Below, piece after piece: positions 8,214-17,382 of a stretch of DNA of 64,000 bases. Within the stretch, counting starts at the first letter, position 1. Every line of letters starts with the position of its first letter. The notes beneath the pieces were generated by a model. The model was not told the DNA's origin. It was given only the letters and a program-made list of their open reading frames with translations, and made no database searches. A program made the translations under genes and the position numbers. Source of the DNA: a virus (Duplodnaviria > Heunggongvirae > Uroviricota > Caudoviricetes); the IMG/VR virus record IMGVR_UViG_3300047560_001287, positions 1 through 64,000 of that record; one strand, written 5' to 3'.

Positions 8214-9056
8214 ATGGCAGAGTTAAAAATAGCTGAATTATTTTATAGCATTCAAGGTGAAGGACGTTATATGGGCGTTCCTTCTGTGTTTTTGAGAACA
8301 TTTGGGTGCAACTTCAAATGTGAAGGCTTCGGTATGCCTAGAGGTCAAACTAGTAATGAAAGGTTTACAATTGATGCAGATAGTATTACAGAGTATAAAA
8401 ATTTACCGTTGGTGTCTACGGGCTGTGATTCATATGCTTCATGGGACCCTCGTTTCAAGCATCTTAGTCCTATGCTCAATGTTAATACTATTGCCGATAG
8501 CATTATTGATTTACTTCCTCATGGTCGTTGGATGGATGAACACTTGGTTATTACTGGGGGTGAGCCACTTCTTGGATGGCAAAGAAGCTATCCTGAATTA
8601 CTTTCGAACGAAAAAATGAGGGCTCTCAAAGAGTTAACATTTGAGACTAACGGAACACAACATTTGAGTGAAGAATTTAAAGAATTCTTGCAACTTTGGA
8701 AAAGAAATAGAGAAAAGAATGCACTAACTTTTAGTGTAAGTCCTAAATTATCAGTAAGTGGAGAAAAGTATAATGAAGCAATTTTGCCTAATGTTATACG
8801 TCAATACCAAGATGTGGGTTTTGTATACCTTAAGTTCGTGGTGGCTTCAGAAGAAGATGTATTGGAAGCTGAAAAAGCTACACAAGAATACAAAAACTGC
8901 GGATTCAAAGGTCCAGTCTACTTGATGCCCGTTGGTGGTGTTGAAAGTGTTTACGAAATGAACGCAAAGAATGTAGCATTGGCAGCAATGAAACGTGGCT
9001 GGCGTTATAGTGATAGATTGCAAGTGCCATTATTTAAAAATGAATGGGGAACATGA
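8214..9056 (+). CDS. queE: 7-carboxy-7-deazaguanine synthase (radical SAM)
   Basis: ELFYSIQGEGRYMGVPSVFLRTFGCNFKCEGF matches QueE N-terminus and Cx14CxC-type cluster motif. Confidence 0.85.
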   Translation: MAELKIAELFYSIQGEGRYMGVPSVFLRTFGCNFKCEGFGMPRGQTSNERFTIDADSITEYKNLPLVSTGCDSYASWDPRFKHLSPMLNVNTIADSIIDLLPHGRWMDEHLVITGGEPLLGWQRSYPELLSNEKMRALKELTFETNGTQHLSEEFKEFLQLWKRNREKNALTFSVSPKLSVSGEKYNEAILPNVIRQYQDVGFVYLKFVVASEEDVLEAEKATQEYKNCGFKGPVYLMPVGGVESVYEMNAKNVALAAMKRGWRYSDRLQVPLFKNEWGT

Positions 9057-9262
9057 TGGCAGAGACACACAAACGAACAGTAGTTAGAATGATTACCTAT
9101 CGCTTATCAGCGTGGTTACTCACAATACCAATAATGTATTGGCTTACTGGTAACTTAGAAGAATCAATCGGGAGTTCAGTTCTGATTCACATACTTCTAA
9201 GTATAGATTACTATATACACGAACGCATATGGCTCAAAGTTAAATGGGGTAAAATTGAATGA
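9053..9262 (+). CDS. small membrane protein
   Basis: ATGA overlap with queE. Two hydrophobic segments. Confidence 0.35.
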   Translation: MMAETHKRTVVRMITYRLSAWLLTIPIMYWLTGNLEESIGSSVLIHILLSIDYYIHERIWLKVKWGKIE

Positions 9263-9498
9263 TCGATGTTCCAGAATATCAAGAAATCGACCTTAATGAG
9301 TACGAACGCAAAACTCGTGCTTGGGAACTGAAGTTCTGTTGGTTACCACAACGTTGTATTGAAACAATGCAGGTTATGTGGCTACAGTTTGCTTATCGTG
9401 GTTATAAGGCTCGTAGATATGATACGCAAATTATCGATTCGTATAAATGGATGTGCAAAGAAGAATTTATTATTTTGAGATTAAAAGGTGAGGTATGA
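9259..9498 (+). CDS. hypothetical protein (79 aa)
   Basis: ATGA overlap couplings on both sides. Confidence 0.35.
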   Translation: MIDVPEYQEIDLNEYERKTRAWELKFCWLPQRCIETMQVMWLQFAYRGYKARRYDTQIIDSYKWMCKEEFIILRLKGEV

Positions 9499-10850
9499 AA
9501 ACATATAAGAAAAGAATTGCGTTTTTAATTAGTGACCAACATTTTATCCCGCATGGTGGCATTGGTAGTTTCTGTAAGAGTTTTACAGAAATGTGTGGTC
9601 GGATTGGTTGGAAAGTAGATATTCTTTTAGACAAGGCTCCTACAGGTGGGTTTGATAAAGTGATTGAGGCTGCTGGTGCCAACATTATTTGGCCACTAGA
9701 ACCACTACGTTATAGTGACCACACTGCTACATTTGCGTTTAGTGATACAATCAACTTTGAAAAGATTATTAATTTCCGTAACAGCATCTTAGAAGCATTT
9801 GAAGAAAATCTCTATGACATGATTTTGTGCAACACGCAGGAAGCAATGAGTGCGGCTTATGCGATGACTTTGAATAAAGATATCCCTGTGATTTTCTATA
9901 CTCATTTACACAGTATGATTTTCCGTTCAGGTCAAGGTAGTGATGTGTTCTTAGATAGTTATCACAACTTCTACAACAAACATATGGAATTTCCTGATAT
10001 CTTTATCGGCACTCAATCACTGAAAAACAAAATAGAATTAGAAAGTCATGGTTCAAAATATGTAAGTATTTTACAGATGCCATTGAGTGAGCGTGGGTTA
10101 CTAGAGCCTAGTTATAAGAAACGCAGGGGTGTATTGTTTATTGGTCGATGGGAAGAAGGTAAGAACCCAGAAGCATATATCAAAGCGATGAAAGAATCAG
10201 GATTACCCTGCAAAGTTATGACTAACAGTAACGGACAAAAGAAGTTCGAGAAGGCTTTTGCAGAGAATGGTATCACTGACTACGAAATCAAAGCAGGGAT
10301 TACTGGACAAGAGAAAGTAGACTTTATTAAAAGTTGTGCAGTATTTTTTATGCCTAGCTTGCGTGAAAACTTTCCGTTCGCATTCTATGAATGTTTAGGA
10401 CACATGCCTAGCGTAGTGTTAGACACACAAGATTGGTCTGAGAATTTCCTACACATCTACTATTATAGAACTAACATGGATGAAGTTTCTGACACGTTAA
10501 AAAGATTACACGACACATCTAATCCAGAAAAATATTACAAAACAGGAGCGTTAGAATATGTCAAGTCTATTGACACTGATACTGTTCAGTCTTGGATTGA
10601 TTTTATTGACGGGTATGAAGGTAGAAAAGCAAAATCTAATCAAGCTAAAATCAATGAATACGAAACAGTGAAATACGCTGACTATATCAAAGAGTTAAAT
10701 CGTAAACATTTAGCGAGAGAAGATTTTGAAAGTGTGTTAACCAATAGACATAAATTCAACGTCATTTATACGGACAATCACACTTATCTATCAAAAGATG
10801 CTACCTTTGTACCAGACGAAGAAGAAACTAACTTATTTGAGGGACTATGA
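9495..10850 (+). CDS. GT-B glycosyltransferase (GT4-like)
   Basis: GGTGAGG RBS. RGVLFIGRWEEGKN...SLRENFPFAFYECLGHMPSVVLD resembles GT1/GT4 donor-binding segment. Confidence 0.65.
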   Translation: MKTYKKRIAFLISDQHFIPHGGIGSFCKSFTEMCGRIGWKVDILLDKAPTGGFDKVIEAAGANIIWPLEPLRYSDHTATFAFSDTINFEKIINFRNSILEAFEENLYDMILCNTQEAMSAAYAMTLNKDIPVIFYTHLHSMIFRSGQGSDVFLDSYHNFYNKHMEFPDIFIGTQSLKNKIELESHGSKYVSILQMPLSERGLLEPSYKKRRGVLFIGRWEEGKNPEAYIKAMKESGLPCKVMTNSNGQKKFEKAFAENGITDYEIKAGITGQEKVDFIKSCAVFFMPSLRENFPFAFYECLGHMPSVVLDTQDWSENFLHIYYYRTNMDEVSDTLKRLHDTSNPEKYYKTGALEYVKSIDTDTVQSWIDFIDGYEGRKAKSNQAKINEYETVKYADYIKELNRKHLAREDFESVLTNRHKFNVIYTDNHTYLSKDATFVPDEEETNLFEGL

Positions 10851-11671
10851 AAAAGATTTTAATTACAGGCAACTCGGGATATATCGGTAGTCATCTGACT
10901 AAGATGTTACAAGATGAATATGAAGTTCATGGGCTTGACATTAATCCACCGCAACTACTCCCCAAGACGCATCACACGATTGACATTCGTAAATTGTTTA
11001 ATATTGAAGAAGAATATGATGCCGTTATTCACTTAGCCGCATTAGTTAATGTGGGTGAGAGCGAACAAATACCCATTCAGTATTACATCACAAACTTGAA
11101 TGGTACAATGAATGTGATTAACAAAATCAAGACAAAGAACTTTATCTTTGCTAGTACAGGTGCCGCAGTTGGATGTGAGAGTGCATACGGTATTAGCAAA
11201 AGAGCCGCAGAAGATGTAGTTGGAGAATATTGTACAACCCATCGCCCGACACCATATACAATCTTTAGATTTTATAATGTTATTGGAAGCACCGTCGTGG
11301 CTCCCACTAACCCCGATGGATTAATGTACAATTTAATGAAGGCCCGAGAAACAGGAGAATTCACTATTTTCGGTAAGGACTATGATGCAAGTCCTGATGG
11401 AACTTGTATTCGTGACTATGTACATGTCAATGAGATTTGTGATGCATTAAAGCAAGCAATAGAGAAACCAAGTAATAGTGTTGAATCATTGGGACATGGT
11501 GTTGGATATACTGTTCGTGAAATTGTCAATAAATTTATGGAAGTAAACGATTGTGACTTTGATGTAAAGTATGGACCTAGAAGAAAAGGTGATCTTGCTG
11601 TTTCTGTATTAGAAGATGTTTCACCTTATATGCGTAACTTGTATACGATGGAAGAGTTGTTAAAAGTTTAA
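10847..11671 (+). CDS. NAD-dependent nucleotide-sugar epimerase/dehydratase
   Basis: ILITGNSGYIGSHL Rossmann motif. YGISK catalytic YxxxK. Extended-SDR length. Confidence 0.8.
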   Translation: MKKILITGNSGYIGSHLTKMLQDEYEVHGLDINPPQLLPKTHHTIDIRKLFNIEEEYDAVIHLAALVNVGESEQIPIQYYITNLNGTMNVINKIKTKNFIFASTGAAVGCESAYGISKRAAEDVVGEYCTTHRPTPYTIFRFYNVIGSTVVAPTNPDGLMYNLMKARETGEFTIFGKDYDASPDGTCIRDYVHVNEICDALKQAIEKPSNSVESLGHGVGYTVREIVNKFMEVNDCDFDVKYGPRRKGDLAVSVLEDVSPYMRNLYTMEELLKV

Positions 11672-12360
11672 CGATAATATTGATTCATAACATTGCTGTT
11701 GAATCCCACATCAACTACAACTGGTTTACCTTGATACATGCCCCAATTAGCGGCTCTGTTAAAATCACCCAATTCAACATCAAACGAATTCTTCAAGTCA
11801 GCGAAGTCGTTAACATATTGCAGGAAGATTTCATTGTCATCTTCACTGTTACCATAGAACTGATTTTTTTCAAGAATGTCGTCCAGTACACTACGTGAAC
11901 GTTGTCCATATTCATTTAATTGAGCTTGTGCGGCCATAACTAAATCAACAAGACCATAACATTTCATTATGTTACACAATTGTTTCTCACTAGCTTTAGT
12001 GGCCATTTCAGTGTGAATCCAACTAGGTTCACGATTTTCTTCATCATAGTCAATGATTGGTATTAGTATACCTAACTGTTTTGCATATCCATCACTAAGA
12101 ATATCTGCCTCAACACTGTTCTGTGCTAGACCTTTTTGATTCTTAGCAATCTTTAATACAGTAGGACGACCTTCATACTCAATAACAGTAGCAACACGAC
12201 TTGATCCGGTGCCTAATTTTTTAGCACGTTCTAACGCATAGGCTAAACGACTTTTGAACGTAGTAGCTTGCTGACGCATTGATGCAGGATCCCAATCCGC
12301 AGGTAGCGGCATCTCATCGATAATTCTAGCTTCTTCTTTGATAAACTCACTTGCTCTCAT
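11668..12360 (-). CDS. protein-kinase-like fold protein (atypical)
   Basis: LGTGSSRVATV glycine loop, VLKIAK (VAIK-like), VVVDVGF (DFG-like). Catalytic loop not canonical. Confidence 0.4.
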   Translation of the reverse strand: MRASEFIKEEARIIDEMPLPADWDPASMRQQATTFKSRLAYALERAKKLGTGSSRVATVIEYEGRPTVLKIAKNQKGLAQNSVEADILSDGYAKQLGILIPIIDYDEENREPSWIHTEMATKASEKQLCNIMKCYGLVDLVMAAQAQLNEYGQRSRSVLDDILEKNQFYGNSEDDNEIFLQYVNDFADLKNSFDVELGDFNRAANWGMYQGKPVVVDVGFNSNVMNQYYR

Positions 12361-12367
12361 CTAGTAT

Positions 12368-13663
12368 TTATCTAAAAAACGTTTCAAAGTCCGAATATTC
12401 AGGAAAAATTTCAACGAAGGACTCGTTCCTATTCGCATCGAGCCATTTATCTACTTCCCAGTAACTAGTAAAATCTTCTGCATCAAGGTTCAATCTACCT
12501 AAAATACCATTAAATGACTGTATCGTAAAGTCCGGGTGTGTATTACTATTAAATTCAGGAAAATACCAATTAGTATTGGCACTGGGTAATGTACGTAAGT
12601 ATTCAATATGGTCTTTGTATATTTTAGACAAATTATCTTTATGATGTTTTGGTAGATTTTTAATATCGTAATGTTCAGGGTTAGACACAATAGAATATAT
12701 GAAAAAATCATAAGGTCCTATTAATTTTTTATCTATCCATTCACGATGGAAATCAACTATGTTATATGCGTTGAATATGTTTATAGTAGAATTTATTGAA
12801 AATTTTACATTAGGTAGTTTTTCAATCATAAGTTCTCTGTTTTTTACAATATCATTCCATACTAGATTTTTTCGTATGTATTCTCCTCGCTTGTAATTAG
12901 CATCTAAACTAGCACCCACACGTAAATTTGTAAATTTACTCCAATAATTTATTACTCTTTTGATATTTGTAAAATTTGTAGAATAGTTTATTTCTACATC
13001 AGTTTTTCCGTTGTCAATTAAATATTCCAAAATTTGATAATGAACGTCATTTACAAGCGGTTCACCACCTGCAAAGTATATTTTTTCAACAGTTCGTAAG
13101 TCGTTTTTGATTGATTCAATATTTTCTAAACCAGTTAACCTTTTCATATGAATAGGTCTACGCATTATTTTTTTAAAAACAGGTATTTCTTTGAATAGTG
13201 ATGCTGTCTCATTACTCCAACTAGAACTAAACACACTGCTACAGTATCTACATCTGAGATTACATGTATTATCAATCATTAAATCCAAATATAATATTTT
13301 TGGATTGTCTAAAGAATAATCAAGGTTGATATTATCTTTGGTATTTTTTATAAAATCTTTTTTGAATTGTTCTACCATACCTTGACGGTAAGACCTAATT
13401 CCAGTGCGTTCTGTTTCGTAGCATCTTTTGCACTCTACAGATGGTTTGATGTTAATTATATTTTCCCTCATCTGTTTTATCTGATTAGAATTATAAGAAT
13501 TCGGGTCTGAATAATGTAGTAGAGGTTGGGTTCTATTTATTACACAACATGGGCTAACAGTGCCATCTGTGTTTATGTGTTTATTTGAGAACGGGGCTGG
13601 GCAGAAATATTCGCTATTGGTTATTAAATTACAGTCATCTTCCGAAATTGATAATTTATTCAT
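12368..13663 (-). CDS. radical SAM enzyme with N-terminal SPASM-like cysteine domain
   Basis: Central CNLRCRYC (Cx3Cx2C) and GGEPLV. N-terminal CPAPFSNKHINTDGTVSPCC...CKRC matches SPASM CxxPW..DG.V.PC consensus. Confidence 0.75.
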   Translation of the reverse strand: MNKLSISEDDCNLITNSEYFCPAPFSNKHINTDGTVSPCCVINRTQPLLHYSDPNSYNSNQIKQMRENIINIKPSVECKRCYETERTGIRSYRQGMVEQFKKDFIKNTKDNINLDYSLDNPKILYLDLMIDNTCNLRCRYCSSVFSSSWSNETASLFKEIPVFKKIMRRPIHMKRLTGLENIESIKNDLRTVEKIYFAGGEPLVNDVHYQILEYLIDNGKTDVEINYSTNFTNIKRVINYWSKFTNLRVGASLDANYKRGEYIRKNLVWNDIVKNRELMIEKLPNVKFSINSTINIFNAYNIVDFHREWIDKKLIGPYDFFIYSIVSNPEHYDIKNLPKHHKDNLSKIYKDHIEYLRTLPSANTNWYFPEFNSNTHPDFTIQSFNGILGRLNLDAEDFTSYWEVDKWLDANRNESFVEIFPEYSDFETFFR

Positions 13664-13693
13664 AAAATTATTTATTGCGGATAAATTACTATT

Positions 13694-14248
13694 TTATAAA
13701 CTCTTACCCCATCGTGTGTTGACAACGTTCCAGTTAATAATCTTCCACTGTTCTTTCAGATACTTTTTCTTGTCTGAGCCATAATCAAGTATCCAAGCAT
13801 GTTCCCACCAATCAACTAAAAGTAGTATGTCGTTGCGAACTTCATGGTTTTTAATGGTCTTGATTGAACCGTCGTATGCTAAGTAGACCCAACCACTACC
13901 TTCAATTTTCATTGCTTCTTCTTCAAATTTGTCTTTGAAATCTTCCCATGAACCAAAATGTCTTTTAATAAATCCTTCGATAGGACCGTTTGGTTTGTTG
14001 TTGTTTCTTAACTCGCGGAATTGAGGGAACAATGTATTATGTAAGAATGCTCCTGCATAATTAAATTCTCTGTCGCCTTCTTTTTTGTTATATCGTTCAG
14101 CATAACCATGCGCTAACTTGCCATAGTGCAAATCAAGTGTGTCTTTAGACATAACCGGACTTACTTCTTTTGGCTCAAAGTTCAGAGCAATGATTTCTAT
14201 ATCTTGAGGTTTACTTTTATCCTCAAGTAACTGAATAATATCACGCAT
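13694..14248 (-). CDS. sod: Fe/Mn superoxide dismutase family protein (compact)
   Basis: LHYGKLAHGY, FLHNTLF, GSGWVYLAY, DWWEHAW. All four metal-ligand positions (H, H, D, H) present. Confidence 0.75.
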   Translation of the reverse strand: MRDIIQLLEDKSKPQDIEIIALNFEPKEVSPVMSKDTLDLHYGKLAHGYAERYNKKEGDREFNYAGAFLHNTLFPQFRELRNNNKPNGPIEGFIKRHFGSWEDFKDKFEEEAMKIEGSGWVYLAYDGSIKTIKNHEVRNDILLLVDWWEHAWILDYGSDKKKYLKEQWKIINWNVVNTRWGKSL

Positions 14249-15819
14249 TAGTGTTTCAATAATAGTGTCGCAATGATGTTAGGATCGTTAGCACTGATAT
14301 CACCTTCACCTGGTGCTACGATTACGTTGTATTTCATACCAGCAGGTATTGACTTACGTTTAGCCATGTACTCATCATAACTCAATATAGAGTTAGCACT
14401 CAATCCATACTGTTTAGCAAGACGTTGTTTTAGTTCAGGTAACTTGTCAGGTTGCACTTGCCATTGGCCTTCTGGCCCCTTAACCAAGTTCTTCTTTGCG
14501 TCCTTAACTAATAAATCTTGGAACAATTCATCTGGAACGATGCGACTGTTCTTTGTTGTATCTAATGATGGATCTTGTGCCTTAACTTGTTTCTCTTGTG
14601 AAGTGTGGGCACCTTCACTCCAGTTGATAATGAAGTTGGCTGGCTTCTTAGCTAATGCGGCACCGGCCATCTTTGTGTACGCATAGAACTTAGTATCAGG
14701 GTGCTTTGCGGCCATCTTTAATGCTAAGTCTAAATATTCTGGACTAAAGAAGTCACCGGCGTCATGCCAACGAATTGTTGTTTGCCAACCATTAGGAAAC
14801 TTTTTATCACCCTTTTTACCTGCGGCTTCTTCCGCGGAAATCTCATTACTTAATTGATTGAAGAAACCGTCTGGGTCATTCAATAGATATGTTAAGATAC
14901 GACCATCACTTAACCAAGCGGCTTTGAATTGAACTTTACCGCCCTTCATAGCGAAACAATCAACTTTACATGAACCAGCTCCAGGACATGTATTAACAAT
15001 GATTAGTTTGTTTGTATCTTCATCTAATGCAATACCTGTTAATGCCGCAAAGCCAACGTTGAAGAATTGTTCAAACTCTCCATTACTGTGCTTCATCTTT
15101 TCGTTTTGTTTTAGTAACTTCTTTGGACGTTCTGCTAATGCTTGTTTGATTTTATCTTCACTGTATGTCTTTCCATCTGGTCCTAAGTATTCAATTACGC
15201 TTGAACGATGGATATAAGGCATTTTATATCTGTCTGATTTTGTTTTACCAGATTTATATTTTTCAATGCCCTTCTTATCTACTTTAACGTTACCTTCTTT
15301 GTCAAGATCAGGTGTACCAACGATACGTTTCATGTAGTCTTGAAATTCATCACCACCAAATTCACGACTTTGTGCTGGTAGTTTAGTTGCTTCATCTAAG
15401 CCAGATAGTTCGCGGATTCTTAATAGATGTTGTTGACCTTCATCTAAATCTAATTCACTATGTCTAAATGCTATTGTATCTCTACCGTCATCGTCCCCAA
15501 TACGATATACATATACTCCGGCATCATCATCACCGGACTCATCAGGGCCAATTTCCCAACCCATTACTTCTAATGTTTTTTGGGCTTTATCCATTTGTTG
15601 TTCGGTACCGTTCCACCACTGTGCGGCTAATTTGCGTAATACTTCTTCCTCGTCAGGTTCACGGTCATCGCCACCAGGAGGTGCAAATTCGTCTATCTTT
15701 TCTTCTCCGGGCATATCACCAGCTTTAGCAACGAATTGCTGAGGTGTCATAATTTGGATGCCTTTTGGGGCTCCTGGCATGTTTGGCTCAGTGCCTTCCA
15801 TTAATTGTCTGATTTTCAT
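14248..15819 (-). CDS. large hypothetical protein (about 524 aa) with CPGAGSCKVDC segment
   Basis: Long ORF. Start set to internal ATG 15819 because the called start 15885 overlaps the divergent promoter. Function unrecognised. Confidence 0.5.
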   Translation of the reverse strand: MKIRQLMEGTEPNMPGAPKGIQIMTPQQFVAKAGDMPGEEKIDEFAPPGGDDREPDEEEVLRKLAAQWWNGTEQQMDKAQKTLEVMGWEIGPDESGDDDAGVYVYRIGDDDGRDTIAFRHSELDLDEGQQHLLRIRELSGLDEATKLPAQSREFGGDEFQDYMKRIVGTPDLDKEGNVKVDKKGIEKYKSGKTKSDRYKMPYIHRSSVIEYLGPDGKTYSEDKIKQALAERPKKLLKQNEKMKHSNGEFEQFFNVGFAALTGIALDEDTNKLIIVNTCPGAGSCKVDCFAMKGGKVQFKAAWLSDGRILTYLLNDPDGFFNQLSNEISAEEAAGKKGDKKFPNGWQTTIRWHDAGDFFSPEYLDLALKMAAKHPDTKFYAYTKMAGAALAKKPANFIINWSEGAHTSQEKQVKAQDPSLDTTKNSRIVPDELFQDLLVKDAKKNLVKGPEGQWQVQPDKLPELKQRLAKQYGLSANSILSYDEYMAKRKSIPAGMKYNVIVAPGEGDISANDPNIIATLLLKH

Positions 15820-15838
15820 ATCGTTAATCCGTAAATAG

Positions 15839-15867
15839 TTGACTTTATTGCGTAATTGTGATACACT
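15839..15867 (+). promoter_or_regulatory. sigma70-like promoter (TTGACT-17-TACACT) for uvdE
   Basis: Seen in divergent intergenic region 15820-15896. Confidence 0.4.
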
Positions 15868-15896
15868 ATATCTATTATTTATCATTCCATTATCTT

Positions 15897-16931
15897 ATGC
15901 ACTCTTTTGACATTGCACACAAACGTATTGGTTTCGCTTGCAAGTGGGCCGAAATCAACAAAAAGGGCGAAATCGCTAGTACTGAGGGTCTCAACACTGG
16001 CGGTACTACTATGGCATGGGCAAAGCGCAACAATCACAATGTAGTAGAAGAAAAAATTATCGATGTTGCTAAAACTAACATTGTCAACACACACAACTTA
16101 ATCAAAAAAGTTGCAACACTACCGACCGAACTACGCATGTTGCGTATCACTAGTGATATGCTTAGTTTTTACACACACGAAGATTACACTGACTTCTGGC
16201 AAAGTCAAAATACACAGGATATGCTAGCTCGTTGGTTTGCACCGCTAGGTGAGACTGCACGACAAAACAATGTGCGTTTGTCCTTTCACCCTGACCAATT
16301 TGTAGTTCTTGCAAGCGACCGTCCTGAGGTAGTAAATAAGAGTATTGAGGAGTTTGAGTACCATGTCGATATGGCTAAGTGGATGGGATACGGCAGAGAA
16401 TTTCAGGATATTAAAATCAATGTCCATATCTCAGGTCGTAAAGGCCCCCAAGGCATTAGAGATGTATTTGGACGTTTATCGCCTGAAGCACGAAACTCAT
16501 TGACACTAGAAAACGAGGAATATACATATGGTCTCGATGATTGCCTTAGCCTTTCTGACTTGGTCCCTACTGTGTTGGACATACATCACTTTTGGGTGCG
16601 TGAAGGGTCATACATACAATCATCTGATGACAGTGTTCAGCGTGTGGTGGATAGTTGGCGCGGTATTAGGCCTACTCTCCATTATAGTGTTAGTCGTGAA
16701 GATGTACTTGTCGGTCATGCCACTAACACTAGCCCAGTCATGGAGTCTTTGCTTCTAGAAGGTTTTAGCAAACAAAAACTACGTGCCCATAGTGATTACT
16801 ATTGGAACGACAGTGTTAACGATTGGGCTTTGACATTCTTAGATAACTTTGATATCATGTGCGAATCAAAGGCTAAGAACCTTGCAAGTTATAAAGTATA
16901 CGAAAGAGCAAAACAAAATGGGATTATTTGA
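15897..16931 (+). CDS. uvdE: UV damage endonuclease
   Basis: KRIGFACKW, LRITSDMLSF, LSFHPDQFVVLAS, LTLENEE, LDIHHFW match UvdE TIM-barrel motifs. Start moved to first ATG downstream of promoter (called start is GTG inside promoter). Confidence 0.8.
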   Translation: MHSFDIAHKRIGFACKWAEINKKGEIASTEGLNTGGTTMAWAKRNNHNVVEEKIIDVAKTNIVNTHNLIKKVATLPTELRMLRITSDMLSFYTHEDYTDFWQSQNTQDMLARWFAPLGETARQNNVRLSFHPDQFVVLASDRPEVVNKSIEEFEYHVDMAKWMGYGREFQDIKINVHISGRKGPQGIRDVFGRLSPEARNSLTLENEEYTYGLDDCLSLSDLVPTVLDIHHFWVREGSYIQSSDDSVQRVVDSWRGIRPTLHYSVSREDVLVGHATNTSPVMESLLLEGFSKQKLRAHSDYYWNDSVNDWALTFLDNFDIMCESKAKNLASYKVYERAKQNGII

Positions 16932-17328
16932 CAGACTATTTAAAAAGAAGGCATTACCTGATCCTCAGAAGACCCCACCAGCGCCCAAGAAAGAAAAGAA
17001 ACTTTCTCCTAAAGAGTTAGCGACACAAGCAGGTGAACCATACGTCACTGTAGTGAGTATGGATATTGATCCTAGTGATATTAACTCAGGAGCGTTTGAA
17101 CTTGACTTCAATGAAATTTTTGTAGCACGATTGGTTAAAGCAGGCTACATGATGAAAAAGGAAGATACGGATGCTGAGATAGTAGACCGCTGGTGGACTC
17201 AGGTATGTCGCAATGTTGCACTTGAAATGTATGAACAACAGCAAGCGGATCCAGAGAACCGTTATCGTGCTGAAATGAGAGTGGTTCAGACTAGAGACAT
17301 AGGCGATGGTAGGACGGAAGTGAGCTAA
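16918..17328 (+). CDS. hypothetical protein (136 aa)
   Basis: Internal ATG overlapping uvdE end. Confidence 0.4.
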   Translation: MGLFDRLFKKKALPDPQKTPPAPKKEKKLSPKELATQAGEPYVTVVSMDIDPSDINSGAFELDFNEIFVARLVKAGYMMKKEDTDAEIVDRWWTQVCRNVALEMYEQQQADPENRYRAEMRVVQTRDIGDGRTEVS

Positions 17329-17347
17329 TCTATTGCCCAAAAATCAT

Positions 17348-17376
17348 TTGACAATAAATCAAAATAGTAGTATACT
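17348..17376 (+). promoter_or_regulatory. sigma70-like promoter TTGACAATAAATC...TATACT (diverged copy of cassette family)
   Basis: -35 TTGACA 17348-17353, 17-bp spacer, -10 TATACT. Confidence 0.5.
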
Positions 17377-17382
17377 TAACGC

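Noticed and set aside
15858-15896. Called 5' extensions of uvdE (GTG 15858) and of the minus-strand 545-aa ORF (to 15885) that overlap each other
   Set aside because: Both extensions run through the divergent promoter (TTGACT-17-TACACT). Internal ATGs at 15897 (+) and 15819 (-) are the more plausible starts.
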